NCBI GenBank assembly: GCA_051294375.1 | Contig: CM119269.1 | Coordinates: 18,054,410 to 18,118,409, forward strand | Reading direction: 5' to 3' | From: Paraspadella gotoi | Taxonomy: Eukaryota > Animalia > Chaetognatha | Length of the DNA: 64,000 nt | Part shown: one piece after another, positions 43,753 through 55,085 of the stretch | How the letters are laid out: the number at the start of each line of letters is the position of its first letter | Numbering within the stretch: position 1 is the stretch's first letter | Position numbers and translations under genes: made by a program | Notes under the pieces: generated by a model | Database searches by the model: none | What the model saw: the letters and a program-made list of their open reading frames with translations, nothing else | What the model was told of the DNA's origin: nothing

Positions 43753-45094
43753 TGAAGGATGAGAGCATCGATTCCACAAGTCTCTCTTTATCCGTTTCTG
43801 TCTCCATCTTTCTATCTGTGTCGTGTCCGTCCATCTCTTCTCCGTTCGCCTTCTGCCCGTAACAGTCAGAAACTAGCGCGCCATCTACGAATGTTATCAA
43901 AACTTTTCAGGCTTTCGTGGTTTGGCCAGAATAGAATTTTATCGCGGTCATTAGATTACCTTTTATCGTTTACAATGTATGTATAACGTAATTACACATT
44001 ACAATAATTCTTTTAAAATACGATGAAAAAGATTTAAGCCGGGTCGTCGAATTCTAAATGATTAGTAGAATTAGTTATAATTACGAAACGCAACAACTTC
44101 TGCCCTCAAAACGGATGTACTCGACGTATATTAGAAATTGACTTAATAAATTTTTTTCTGGTTTGGTATCGATTCTTCTCACATGTTCCACCGTCAAAGT
44201 TGATAGCTTGCTTAATTAATAAATTTGATTAATGTTAATTATCGCTGGCTTTCTCACTTATTTTCAAATAGATTCAATTTCTTTAATAACGAACGCCTTG
44301 CAACATTACTAAGAAAGTTCAAGAAGCCTAATAATTTTAAAAAGATGATTTTTGTTCCGGGCACGATTTTATTTTCAATAAAGCCTTATCATAACACAAA
44401 AAGCAATCGTTGGCAAACGCTGAGAATTAACATTCGAAAGAGCAAAAATAAAGATAGGTTAGAAGGAAAGCTTGTCAAACATGGCGACGACTGCAAAAAA
44501 AAGCATGGCGGTCTTTATAACAATTAAATTTAAATAACACATAAAATTAAAAAAGGGAATATTATTATTATTATTAAAAAATGGCCCTATGTTAGACAGG
44601 AGTATATTTTTTTTTCTTCTTGCTATTACGTATTTTCTAAGTCGCATAAAAAACTCAAAAGCAACTTTAAAGCAATTCCTAGATGAAATATAATTTCTAT
44701 TATGATGACATTGTTTAAATGAAATTTTACAGGTGCTGTGAACACACGTTTTGAAGGAACGAAAAGTTTTTATAAAATTTCACCAAACAAATACCACACA
44801 GAAGGTTAACAATTAATTTTATACAAAAATGAAAATGTCGCCTGCGACCTTTTTTAGGATTAGAGGGACGATGGTTGTTGGTCAAAGGACAATCTCTAGC
44901 ACCTACCAAGAAATCACAACAACAACGAAAGGCCAGTACCAACAAAAAATTTAATAACAATAAAAACGATTCAAGATTGCGCAATAGTTGGAAAAGGGGG
45001 GGAAAAATTCGCTCTTACAAACTTGAAATTTTGAAGAAAAAAAAAAAAGAAAAATAACATTTTAGGAATAGATTTTAAATATATTCAATGAAAC

Positions 45095-45100
45095 TTTATT
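45095..45100 (-). promoter_or_regulatory. Candidate polyadenylation signal AATAAA for MRTF
   Basis: AATAAA on the minus strand ~75 nt after the stop. The context is AT-rich, so chance occurrence is likely. Confidence 0.3.
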
Positions 45101-45175
45101 AAATAGAATTAGTAAATAACACTCGTGTTTAACAAACAACTAATTTAATAAAACGAATTATGACAGATACACCCA

Positions 45176-46299
45176 TCAATCGAGTTTGTCGAAATTGAGG
45201 GACGATCCGAAATCAAAGAGTTCCAAAGATTCTTCCGGTTGCGCCAAAAGCGGATCTCTGGAAGAGTTGGCGGACGGAGGCGCTTCCGATGGACAGTGAG
45301 AATGCCCCGCGGCGCCAAGGACCGTGGAGGGCGCCAAGGCTGGCGCTAACGCCGAAGGAGCGGAGATCGGGGGAAAGACGGGCGCACTGTCGAGCCAATC
45401 CACGATATCGATTAACATGGACGGGTCCGCGCTCGATGGCGGTTTCGTTGCGATAGAGGCGCCAACGGATAACGGCGCCACGGGTGCCGTAGAAATCTCG
45501 CGCGCCGCTTGACGGAGAGGAGTTGACGACTCTACGACGACAGACGACGCCGCGCCCCTTCCAGCCCCTGGAGACGGCGTCGACAAACGCGATGTAGAGG
45601 CTTCGAGATTTTCCAAAAAGTCGGCGTTCCACTCGATTTTGAGGAGATCCTCGAGGGAATGCTCCGTGGCGGCGTCTCTCCCTGATGATGGGGCGATGCA
45701 AAGGGGTTGGCTCAAAAGTTCGCGACCAGCGGCATCAACCGTTGCTCGCGAGTTAGGGGTGAGTGCGCCGACGATCGTCTCGGCGACGGATGGGGCCTCG
45801 GAAAGAGTCGAGACGGAGAGGGGAAAAAGACTGGGATTCAAAGAGGTAACTGGGACTGCTCGGGAAGAGCTCTTTCCGATGCCCTTGCCCTTCGGAGTCT
45901 GATCAGCGAAGAGTTTCGAATTGTTGGATCCGGCAAAAGGAAGTCCGACCGAGGAGTAGGCGAAAGGGTCACCAAAATTCGAGGCGGTAGCCGAGAGCGG
46001 CGTGGTCGGGACGTCGGCCGCTTCCTTCGGCAACTCGCCGCTCCCGATCAACACGTTTAGAAGATCCTCCACGTTCTTGTCGGGGATGTGGGGCGGCTTC
46101 TTCGTCGACGATCTTTTCGACATCTCCGTCGCCATCGTCGTCGTCTCCGACGACAAAGGAAGAGCATCTTGGGCGCGCGAATCGGCTGCGACGAAGGAGT
46201 GGCGTGACACGGGCTGCGTGACAGCGGCAGAAGAATTGGCTATTGGATTCGCCACGACTCCGATAGGAAAAGAGTGAGATCTTTGATGACAAGACGATC
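45176..46299 (-). CDS. MRTF: MRTF last coding exon (transactivation region)
   Basis: Acceptor ttttttcag; VEDLLNVLIGSGELP and IVDWLDS motifs; stop TGA at 45176-45178. Confidence 0.9.
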
Positions 46300-49200
46300 C
46301 TGAAAAAACAAATGTCAATCTTAGATCTGCGGCGACTCAAATATTCGATTAGTATTTTTGATGAAGAAATGCTTAGTATTTTGTTGCAAATAAATAAAAA
46401 TAAACAAAGTTGAACACATTTTACTTTTTACAACTTTCCGTGATTTATTTCATGGCGTTAAATTTTAAACGTTAATTTTTTTTAATAACTAATAAAATTC
46501 CTTTGACTTTACCTGCGGCTGTTGTAAGGGTTGAACCAACACCAAACGAGAACGGCTGAGAGGGAAGAAACTGGAGGCTACTAACAGCAGGTTGCTGTTG
46601 CGGTTGATGCTGCAGTATTGGCTGTTGAAGTTGTGTTACATTGCCATTTTGCAAGAAGTTGCTACCATTTAAAATCGGAAACGGCTGGCTATCTTGGAAT
46701 TTGTTAATTTGGGCCCTCTGCTTGAATTGAAGCGATCCATCGGCAGGCATATAGACAGGCGCTTGGTTACCGGAAAACGAGCGGCTCTGTTCTTGCTTGA
46801 CTAACTTGCACTGCTGTAATTTAGATTTTTTATCAGCTAAGGCACTCATCAACTCGGTTAACTTTTGTTCGTAAGCTTGAATCATTTTTTCTTCCTCGTT
46901 GACTTGTTGCTCCAATTTGACAACCTCGGTCTCTGCCCTGCGGCCGCGTTGAGGCGCAGCCTGTTTAGTGGCCAACTGCTGCTGTACCTGACTCAGCAAC
47001 TGCTGTTGTAACAAAGGAAGCCCCTCGGGACTGCCATTCTGGCGTTGCAGCAGCATGTGCTGTAAGTTTAGTAAGATTTCGATTTGCTTCTTGCATTCTT
47101 CATTCTGGATATTTTCAACATCGGCGGCAACACGATTTCTGCTTAAAAATTGTTTGAGGATTCCAAGCAACTGCTGGTTATCGTCATTGACGTTGGTCAA
47201 TCTGAGCTGCGACGAATCGATAGACCGAGAGGTTGAAGAGTTCGGTTGCGGAGCGGGCTGATTCGGGACTAGAGTTAACACCGACTGCGTCGGCGGGATA
47301 TTTGCAACCTGACTCGGTATTTGCACGAGAGTCGATCCGTTGGCGATGCAGAAAGGCATAGGTTGCGGCGGAGGCGGCGGAGATACAAAGCGAAGTCCAA
47401 CCTGAGGATTCGGCTGCGAAAAAGTTGGTCGAATAGTCGCCCCTCTCGGTCGTCGGATGGGGGGATGGTTTGGAGGCAGAGGCGGCGGCGGTGGTGGACT
47501 AAAGACGGTCATCTCAGTTGGGATACGAGTCCTTGATGCTGCCATTTGAGGCACGAAGGTGCCTGCCGATGATGTCGGAAAAATGGGTGTCGAGGAACTG
47601 AACTTGAAAGTGTTGGCCACCGAAGAATGAGAAGAAGCGGCAACTGGGTTTGCAAGGATCGACGCAACGGACACCCCAGCATGGGGGTTCGGGATGACGA
47701 CGTGCTGCAGTACAGGTAAGTTTCTGCTATCAACAGACGCGAAGCTTTCCGTGTCCATCGGTTTAGAGTCCTCTAGAAGATGAGAAGGCAGGATGCATTT
47801 GGAGTCGATCGCCGCAAGATGGGATTTACTGCTTCCTGGATGCTTCCGTGCCCTCCGCTTGGGAAGCGGCGGCGGAGGCGGCGGAGGTGGCGGAACGGGA
47901 ACGGTTTGTGGCGGCGCCACCAACGTTACGTCACCTTCGATTGAACTAGTCGAATCGATGGGTATGAAGGAGGGCGAGATGTGGTTAATGTCCATCGGGT
48001 CGGCGGAGTCGGCCACCTCGTCGTCTGTTGGAAAATTGGCCGGCGGAGAATCGGTCATCGCTTCGGTGGCGTTGAGACCCGATGGAGAATTCGAGTCGAC
48101 AGAAGACAAAATGGCGTCGAACATGTCAAAAGGTTGCCCTTTTGATGACGCTGCTTCGGAGGAGCGACCCGACGACGATAAATTTGAATCCGGATGGGAA
48201 AACAAAGAACCTTGCCAACTCTGACTGGGGCTGCAAACTGGCGGCGATGAGGCGGGGCTGTTTGCTGCGACAACGGCGTTTGCTTCGGATGGCAACGAGT
48301 TTCCAGAAGGACTGTTCTTTGACTGCAGAGCCTCGGCCACTCGTTGCTGGAGCGAAGGAAGGATGCCCGATAGCGGTCGAAGACGCTCGACGAGATGCTC
48401 CTTCTTGCCCGAAGTCACCATCCCGCGCGCCCGCAATTCTGCCTTTAGGTGAGTCACGGTAAAGTCTTCCAGTCTTCCGGGAATCGACATAGACGAAGGG
48501 GGCGTTGTCCTTTTTTTCGGAACGGCGCTCGGAGTGTCTGGGGAAGGAAGGGATTCTTGCCGCCCACCGACTTCCTCGATGTCCATAGAACCGACGTTGG
48601 ATCCAGGGGGAGGAGGCGGTGGCATCATCGCTTGGAGGTTGCGGTTTTGCAGCTCAAGTTTGAGAAGCTGCGTTTGCTGCTTGAGCAATAATTGATAAGT
48701 GGTTGGATCCGAGGAAACGTCGGTAACCGCCACTTGAGAAGTTGAGTGCAGCTTTTCATTAGGGCCTGGGCAAAGGAAAGTGGGGAGTAAATATGCATAT
48801 TGGAAAATAAATTTAAAAATATATAAACGAAGCAATGGAAGATCGAATAGATAAAATGACAATAGGATTAAGCTAAACTCAACTTAATAATTTAGATTTT
48901 AACGCAAAATCATTATTTGAAATGTTTTTATGATTAAATTAAAGCTATTTATATTGTATAACCCAAAAAAAACTGACCCATGTATTCGTGAAACTTGATT
49001 TGCCTCGGCTTCGATTGTCCCGATTTACTCGACGAGTTCTTGTGCGGTCGGCTTCGATATGATTTTGCCTTGCCTCCTCCCCTCCTTTCATCCCCACCAG
49101 ATCCGCGTCCGCCGCCTCCTTCGATCGTCGACGAACCGGGAGTTTGGTAGGAAAAGTGATCCGAGGAGACAGAGGCTGAAAAGACAAGAAAAATGGAACA

Positions 49201-52200
49201 TATATTTTAGTTGCGCCGCGAAATCAGGTCATGTCGTGTTGGTCATAAAGTTTTGCCAAATGTTGGAATGGAAATAAACTTATTTCGTTTGTGTTTAATC
49301 GATAAAACTTTACTTATGATTAAGATTAATTATCATTAATTATCATTTGATATTTTGTATTAAACCTTTTCTTTTTCACGTGATACAATTATTGATTAGC
49401 CTGCGTCGGGGTTTATTATTTATGTCTTATTTCTTCTGTTCCTTATCGTGAGCCTATTCCATGATTTATAATGCCTTTGCCAATGCCTTTGGCCGTCCTA
49501 ACCTTCTGCTGCAGATTGAGCATGATTTTACAAGAACTATATTTGAACTCCAGTTTCCACTGAACTCACCCAAACCGTTTCAAGCTTAAACGAGGTGAGC
49601 TATCTACAATAAATTCCGCTCATTACTGGTGCATCGTGCCAGTTCACGTTTAGTGAAAAAATCCCTTAATTTAATTTAAAGCATCCCCTTACCAACACCC
49701 GTACAAAGGTGGTGGCTTTTCAATCTTCCTTCGTCTATCAGATGATTCTGAGGCACTAAAGTGGTGTGCCGTGTTTATTCCCGTCATTTCATGTCACGAG
49801 AAATACACGTGAAAATAAAGACACTGTGGCATTACACATTGGATGAACCGATCTTGTTTCCAAGAATATTACTTATAAACTACTGCTCAGATTACGTAAA
49901 TATAACGGCTGATAATGAAAATATTGAATCGATTAAACCGATACGATATGTTTTTATCCCCAAAAAATATATTGGACCTAATATAATAATATATAATAAA
50001 TAAATCTATAATATAATAAATATATAATATATAATAATATAAAAAGTAAAACACACCTGCTGAAAAGCTTGCGCTTTGTTGGGCTCCCGAATTTTTAGAA
50101 ACTGCCTTGAACGACTGTTGCTGGGTCTTAAATGACGATGTAGATCCAGACCACGATACTGTACCAGTCGCGAAAGAAACATTATCGGAAGTAGAGACAG
50201 TTATTTTAGCAACTTCGACACGAGTTGAAGATTTTTCTCCAGAGGTTGATCTAGGCTTTACCAATGTCGGATATTGATTTCTCTGGTCATCCGAAAAAAT
50301 GATAGCGTTGCCTGAAAAAGAAAAAAAAATAATAATATACTATATACATTTGTGAAATGCTTAGTGAACATGGAGCAACCTGATCAGGCACCGACCTATT
50401 TCCTGAGACGCCGATATTTCTGGTTTTTGATCGCCGGTTCCAGAAGCGGACCCCGAAATGTAATGCGTAATGACAGTGGACGGCTGCGTAAGCAAAGAAG
50501 AAATCGACGACTGCGTCATCGCCGCGGATGACGAGTTCGATTGAGACAGAGACGAAGGCGAAGTCTCAGTCGAAAACAAGGAAGATGCCGCTGAGAGCCC
50601 GAGAGCGTCTTCGGTGGAGGTGTTGCTCTCCTCGTCCTCATCCTTGATGTTGGATTTTGTAATGATTAAAAAATATCGTAAAATTGTATTAGTCAGTTTC
50701 ATAAATCGTTTTTTTACGTTCAGAACAGCTTCAGTTTCGCACCTGATGGAGAAGCTGCTGTCCCCCCGGCGTGCCCTGATATTGAAGAACGCCGGTTTCA
50801 ATAGCATCGATGAGCGTCTCCCCCGCTTCCGGTTGCAGAATCTTGGCGCGGATGAGTTCGATGGGACCGGGACGCATTTCCAGCTTCTCTCGCAATCCAT
50901 CGGCCAGACGTGCTCTTTTGAGTTGACGCTGTAAAATAAAGTAAAAACGATTTGGAGCGAGCTCACTGATCACAAAAAAATGTTAAATTTAACCAAGTCA
51001 AAAATGCAAGCGTAGATTAAACTTTAAACTACTAAAATCGCAATATACTTACTTTAACGTAAACATAAGACTTAATTAAAATTATGAAGAATATCACCTG
51101 TCTCTCTTGTAAAATCGGGGCCAAATTCGATTTAGTATCCTCGAGAATGTGATGGTCAACAAGGTCCTTCCTTGCCGGCCTGTTTTGGATCTTGTGCTTG
51201 AGGAGATCGTTGATCTTGGCGCGCTCCAGATCCTTGCTCTGTTTGTAAAAGGCGGCAGGAGCTTTGAGCGGTGGGTGAATGCCCTGCGCCACCAAAGTAT
51301 CGATGGGTCGCCGCATCGCAAGTTTCCCTGAATGTTTAAAGAATTTACTTGAAAATTATTTCATCACAGCATTCAATGCTCTAGCTAATAGGTACAGTAT
51401 TAACTAAAACATTTGAACGGCGCCATTTTAATTCAAAGTGCGTTTCTTTTACGAATGACAAATTTACTTTTCAAAGATTCCTTGTTTTCCGCCATAGAGC
51501 ATTGCAAAGATTTTTCCTCCACCGCCTGTTCGGTATGATGCGGCAAAACCGAGACAACAAAGTCCTGACAAAGCTCTTCCTCCGTTTCCGGGGGAAGCTG
51601 CGGAAGTTGCTGCGGAAGTTGCTGCGGATGACTCAATTCGGTAACGTTTGGCGGAAGTTGCACAGGTCCAGGCTGTTGGTCCGATTGCTGCAAATCTTGG
51701 AGTTGCTGCGACGGATCGATAACGACGATATTTGGTTCCAGCGGAATCGAGTAACTGATAAGATGGTAAAAAATAAAGGGGAAAATTAGAATTTAATAAA
51801 TAAATAAAATTTATGAGTTGGATGAGAAATAAACACCATTTAGCCAATTTTGGCAGGAGAAAACAGGATTTCTGTTGTACCCTAAACCAGTATTCCGACA
51901 TTCTAAGTGTTTTAATTGGGCAAGATAAGTTTACAAACTTTCGACAATTACCTCCAAGGAAAAGTTCCCCTTGAAAAATAAAAATCAGGCAATCTTTTGG
52001 ATACAAAAAAAGAATTTAGTGGGAGATCAATAAACACAGTAATAAAATTAGAACCCAATTCGTTTCACTTACCTGGGCGGAATAGATCGTCGATACCACG
52101 GTCCCGCTTCCAACGATGACGAATCCAAGGCGCCAAAATTGTGCGGAGCCAATGTGACGGAGGCGCTGGCGGCGTTGACGACAGCGATGGCACCGGCGCT

Positions 52201-52305
52201 ACTGACTGCGTTACTGGCAGCGATACCCGCTATTTGATGATCTAAATCCGTCCCGCCGTCCAGAATATACTGGTTGGTCCGCACACCCGGAGAATCGGAG
52301 GCCAT
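45176..52305 (-). CDS. MRTF: Myocardin-related transcription factor (MRTF/MKL family SRF coactivator), 9 coding exons, ~1670 aa
   Basis: Exons (minus): 52305-52073, 51754-51468, 51327-51098, 50928-50743, 50642-50396, 50311-50057, 49175-48978, 48765-46513, 46299-45176. All introns are GT-AG with consistent phases; total 5013 nt = 1670 aa + TGA. Translation has three RPEL motifs (RRPIDTLVAQGI, RPARKDLVDHHIL, RPGPIELIRAKIL) with MRTF-type spacers (PPLKAPAAF, LKRARLADGL), B1 (KPRQIKFHEYMGP), Q box (YQLLLKQQTQLL), SAP (LEDFTVTHLKAELRARGMVTSGKKEHLVERLR), coiled coil and C-terminal motifs (VEDLLNVLIGSGEL, DWLD). An in-frame stop at 52417-52419 lies upstream of the ATG. Confidence 0.93.
46513..48765 (-). 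CDS. MRTF: MRTF coding exon 8 (Q box, SAP domain ~48374-48472, polyproline tracts, coiled coil)
   Basis: 2253-nt open frame within ORF 46472-48862; acceptor ttgcccag, donor G|GTAAAG. Confidence 0.95.
48978..49175 (-). CDS. MRTF: MRTF coding exon 7 (B1 SRF-binding basic motif)
   Basis: Phase-1 reading gives ...KSYRSRPHKNSSSKSGQSKPRQIKFHEYM|GP. This frame is absent from the ORF track. Confidence 0.9.
50057..50311 (-). CDS. MRTF: MRTF coding exon 6 (Ser/Thr-rich)
   Basis: Strong polypyrimidine acceptor ttttcag, donor G|GTGTGT, open in phase 1. Confidence 0.8.
50396..50642 (-). CDS. MRTF: MRTF coding exon 5 (acidic/Ser-rich)
   Basis: DEDEESNTSTEDAL resembles the acidic post-RPEL segment of MRTFs; the AAG acceptor is weak but phases fit. 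Confidence 0.75.
50743..50928 (-). CDS. MRTF: MRTF coding exon 4 (B2 and RPEL3)
   Basis: RQLKRARLADGLREKLEMRPGPIELIRAKIL; acceptor ttttacag, donor CAG|GTGCGA. Confidence 0.95.
51098..51327 (-). CDS. MRTF: MRTF coding exon 3 (RPEL1-RPEL2)
   Basis: KLAMRRPIDTLVAQGIHPPLKAPAAF...KIQNRPARKDLVDHHILE; bounded by AG/GT. Confidence 0.95.
51468..51754 (-). CDS. MRTF: MRTF coding exon 2 (Q/P-rich, leads into RPEL1)
   Basis: Acceptor cttatcag, donor A|GTAAAT; ends with MAENKESLK, which joins RKLAMRRP. Confidence 0.85.
52073..52305 (-). CDS. MRTF: MRTF coding exon 1 (MASDSPGV...)
   Basis: First in-frame ATG at 52305; donor AG|GTAAGT; phase 2 matches the next exon. Confidence 0.7.
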
Positions 52306-54250
52306 TGTCGAGGAAAATATCCGAGAGTCGTAGATCAAAGTTTTAAATCGATAAACGGGCGGATTCCCCCAGACTGAGATCTCTCTCCAGCCTTTTCCAG
52401 GGACTTTTCTCCTCCATTAGTTTCGAGTTTCGTGTTTTGCGATTCGTGTTTCTTTTTGTGATTTTTCGATCTCGAATCGTCGTGATTCAGCACGAGAAGT
52501 AGATCGGTTATGGCGAAGATGAGACAATCCAGGAAAACGAATCGATTCACCGGCGTTGTGTCGGGAAAGGCGGCGCCCAAAGCGGTCCGGGCGCCGCCAA
52601 AAAATCTGAAAGAGGCACAGAGAGGAACAAAAGTTATATTCGAAGTATATCATATCAGAACGAAGGACATGCCCCTTTCTTATAATCTCTCATATATACA
52701 TACATCCACATATCAGCAGAAATGTGTCTTTACTTTAGTTTGACTTTATTTTATAAATATAAAAAAAATGAAGTAGTTAAGGAAAAAATTATCACAATGA
52801 TTATGCATTCAAAAAGTCATTAGTTATTTTTAAAGTAAAATTGATATCAAATTAAGCAAGGTGACTAATGTGATTGTTATCATAGCCGTTGACAAGAGAG
52901 TTGACTCTTAATGACTAATGATTACAAAACAATAGCAAACGTGACGTAGAAAGCGTTGTTAAAAGAAAGAAAAAATTGCAGAAAAAAATTAAAAAATACA
53001 AGACATTATTTGATATTCATCTTAGAGCTGTTATTATATGAATAGTTCACTAAACAAATATTCAACAGTTACGCCTTTACATTCACGGTATTGCTTGCAG
53101 CTTTTATTTGATTTAGCGGCAGGCAAGCGACGTACCCCGCTACGACGTTTTAAGGAAATTGCAAGTGACGCGGTGAAAGCACGCGGCTTCTCTTCACCTC
53201 TTTTTTTGTCTTTCATGTTCCCTCAATAAAAGAAATAGTACAATGTCGTGAATACGTCATCAGCTTTATCAAGACGATTCCGAAACGATGATGCGCTTTT
53301 AAAATCTCCCTGAAGTTTGACAATAAAAGTAACGTTTGCATTAACATTTTTTAACATACTATTATATTATTATATCAGAGTAACGTGGGCGTGGTAGCGA
53401 GACAATAAGATCCATCTTTCCATTTCTTGCGTTGATATATCTGTACTATATTATATATAATATGTTATTTTATAATATATTACTTAATAGATCATATACA
53501 TTAATAATATATAAATAACATATTCATAACAATATAAGAATTTCGATACAAATTTTTTTATGCAAATTATCTCACAAACGATGATGATATTATTTAAATA
53601 CTTACTAACATCACAGAAAATTAATTAAATTTAACACTTAAAATTTAAAATAAATTCAATTCTTGATGCTAAAAACCGAAATTATTAGGACATCATGTTC
53701 ATAGATGCGTCCATAAAAGGGGCGGTGGACGAAGCGCCGAATTCTCAAACGTTGGAGAACGCGTCAACAGAAGCAGAGAGAAGCGCAAAAACCGTAAACA
53801 AAAAAAACCAAAAGAACGCTCCATTCCCCATTCACAATCCACCCCTCCTCCCCATGGATGTGAGTCGCGATGCATCGGTTTTTTCATTTGCCATGTCGTG
53901 AAAAACCACTTCGCTACCGACGCCGCTTCCTCTTTTTCTCACGCGACTGGCATCGCCTCCTCCGGGGAAAACCAGAACCAATTTCCATTAGAACGTAATT
54001 TCCGTAGTTTCCATTCAGCGCTTTATTTTCAATTAATTTGGATGGGACGACTTTACGATTGTCCACACAGAGTTTCGCTCAATTTTTATTTTTCGACAAA
54101 AAAAATTTCGGGATTTAAATCTTGAGCAGGATTATGGAGCGGATTTTGCGAATTCGGCAACAGAATAGGCACCCAACTGTATGTTGAGTTGTTTGATCGC
54201 GCAACAATAATAAAAGAACACGAACTGGCGGCAAAAGAAAATTGACGGAA

Positions 54251-55085
54251 ATGTCGTCACTGCCCGACGTCCACCTGCTCGTCGCTGAGTCAGGCCTCGG
54301 CGACTGCGAATCGTCGCTCGTCGATCTCCTTTCTGGGTGGAACGAAGCATTCTGTTCCAGCGAGGCCGAAGCTGGATACGCCCTGTTGCACGACTGCCAG
54401 GTTTATTAAAATTCTTGATATGTTAAAAATAAATATTTAAGCAACTGTGTTTTGGCAAAAAATTTAAAAAAATTAAAAATAAAAATAAAGAATGAAATAA
54501 TATGTAAATAATGTTTATAACTTGATCGAATATTTACATACACGACAAAAATATTTTTGGTAAAAAAAGTTATTAAGTTATTAAGCAAAGATCTGAGCTC
54601 TCCTTTTCAAGGTGGCCGTCCGGCGCCTGGAAAGGGCCGCCGACTTCTCGGGCCGGACGGATCAGGAGCGTCGCCAGCTACTAGACGTCGCCGCTGCTTT
54701 TCGAGCTAAGGAATTCAAGCAACTTCTCGACGCCCGCGCGGGCACGCTGAGGCAGCCCTTAATTGTTGTAGAGCCACCGTCACCACCAGCGGAAACGGCG
54801 AGCAGACTCTGGACGGAGCCCAGGATCGACGACGGGGCAATAGCCGCAACTGTGCGGCGAGACGGGACGAGGGACCGCCGTCGGTGTCGAATCAGCAGCT
54901 GCGGAGACGGCACTGGGGCCAGGAGACCACCGAGAGCGTCGAGCACGCCGCCGACCAAGAAAATGGCGGTCGGCACGTCAGGAAGCCTCCAGCGAGGAAA
55001 TCATCGTCTGTGGGTCAAACCGAGGTCGTCGTCGGCGAGAAGAGCGGGTGACGGGTCTGGCCGACGATCGGGCGGACAAGAACAA
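54251..55085 (+). CDS. Uncharacterized spliced protein (at least 208 aa; 3' end uncertain)
   Basis: Exon 54251-54400 (ATG MSSLPDVHLL...HDCQ|GT) joins in phase 0 to exon 54612-55085 (ttttcaag|VAVRRLERA...GQEQ|GTAAGA). The exons are GC-rich and the intron is very AT-rich. No recognisable domain. Confidence 0.55.

Noticed and set aside
45213-48691. Antisense and alternate-frame ORFs over MRTF exons (likewise 61408-62736 over SNX16)
   Set aside because: Shadow ORFs expected opposite GC-rich coding exons.
48945-49187. ORF-track frame MSFQPLSPRIT... as the MRTF exon product
   Set aside because: Wrong frame: splice phase and the B1 motif support the alternative frame.
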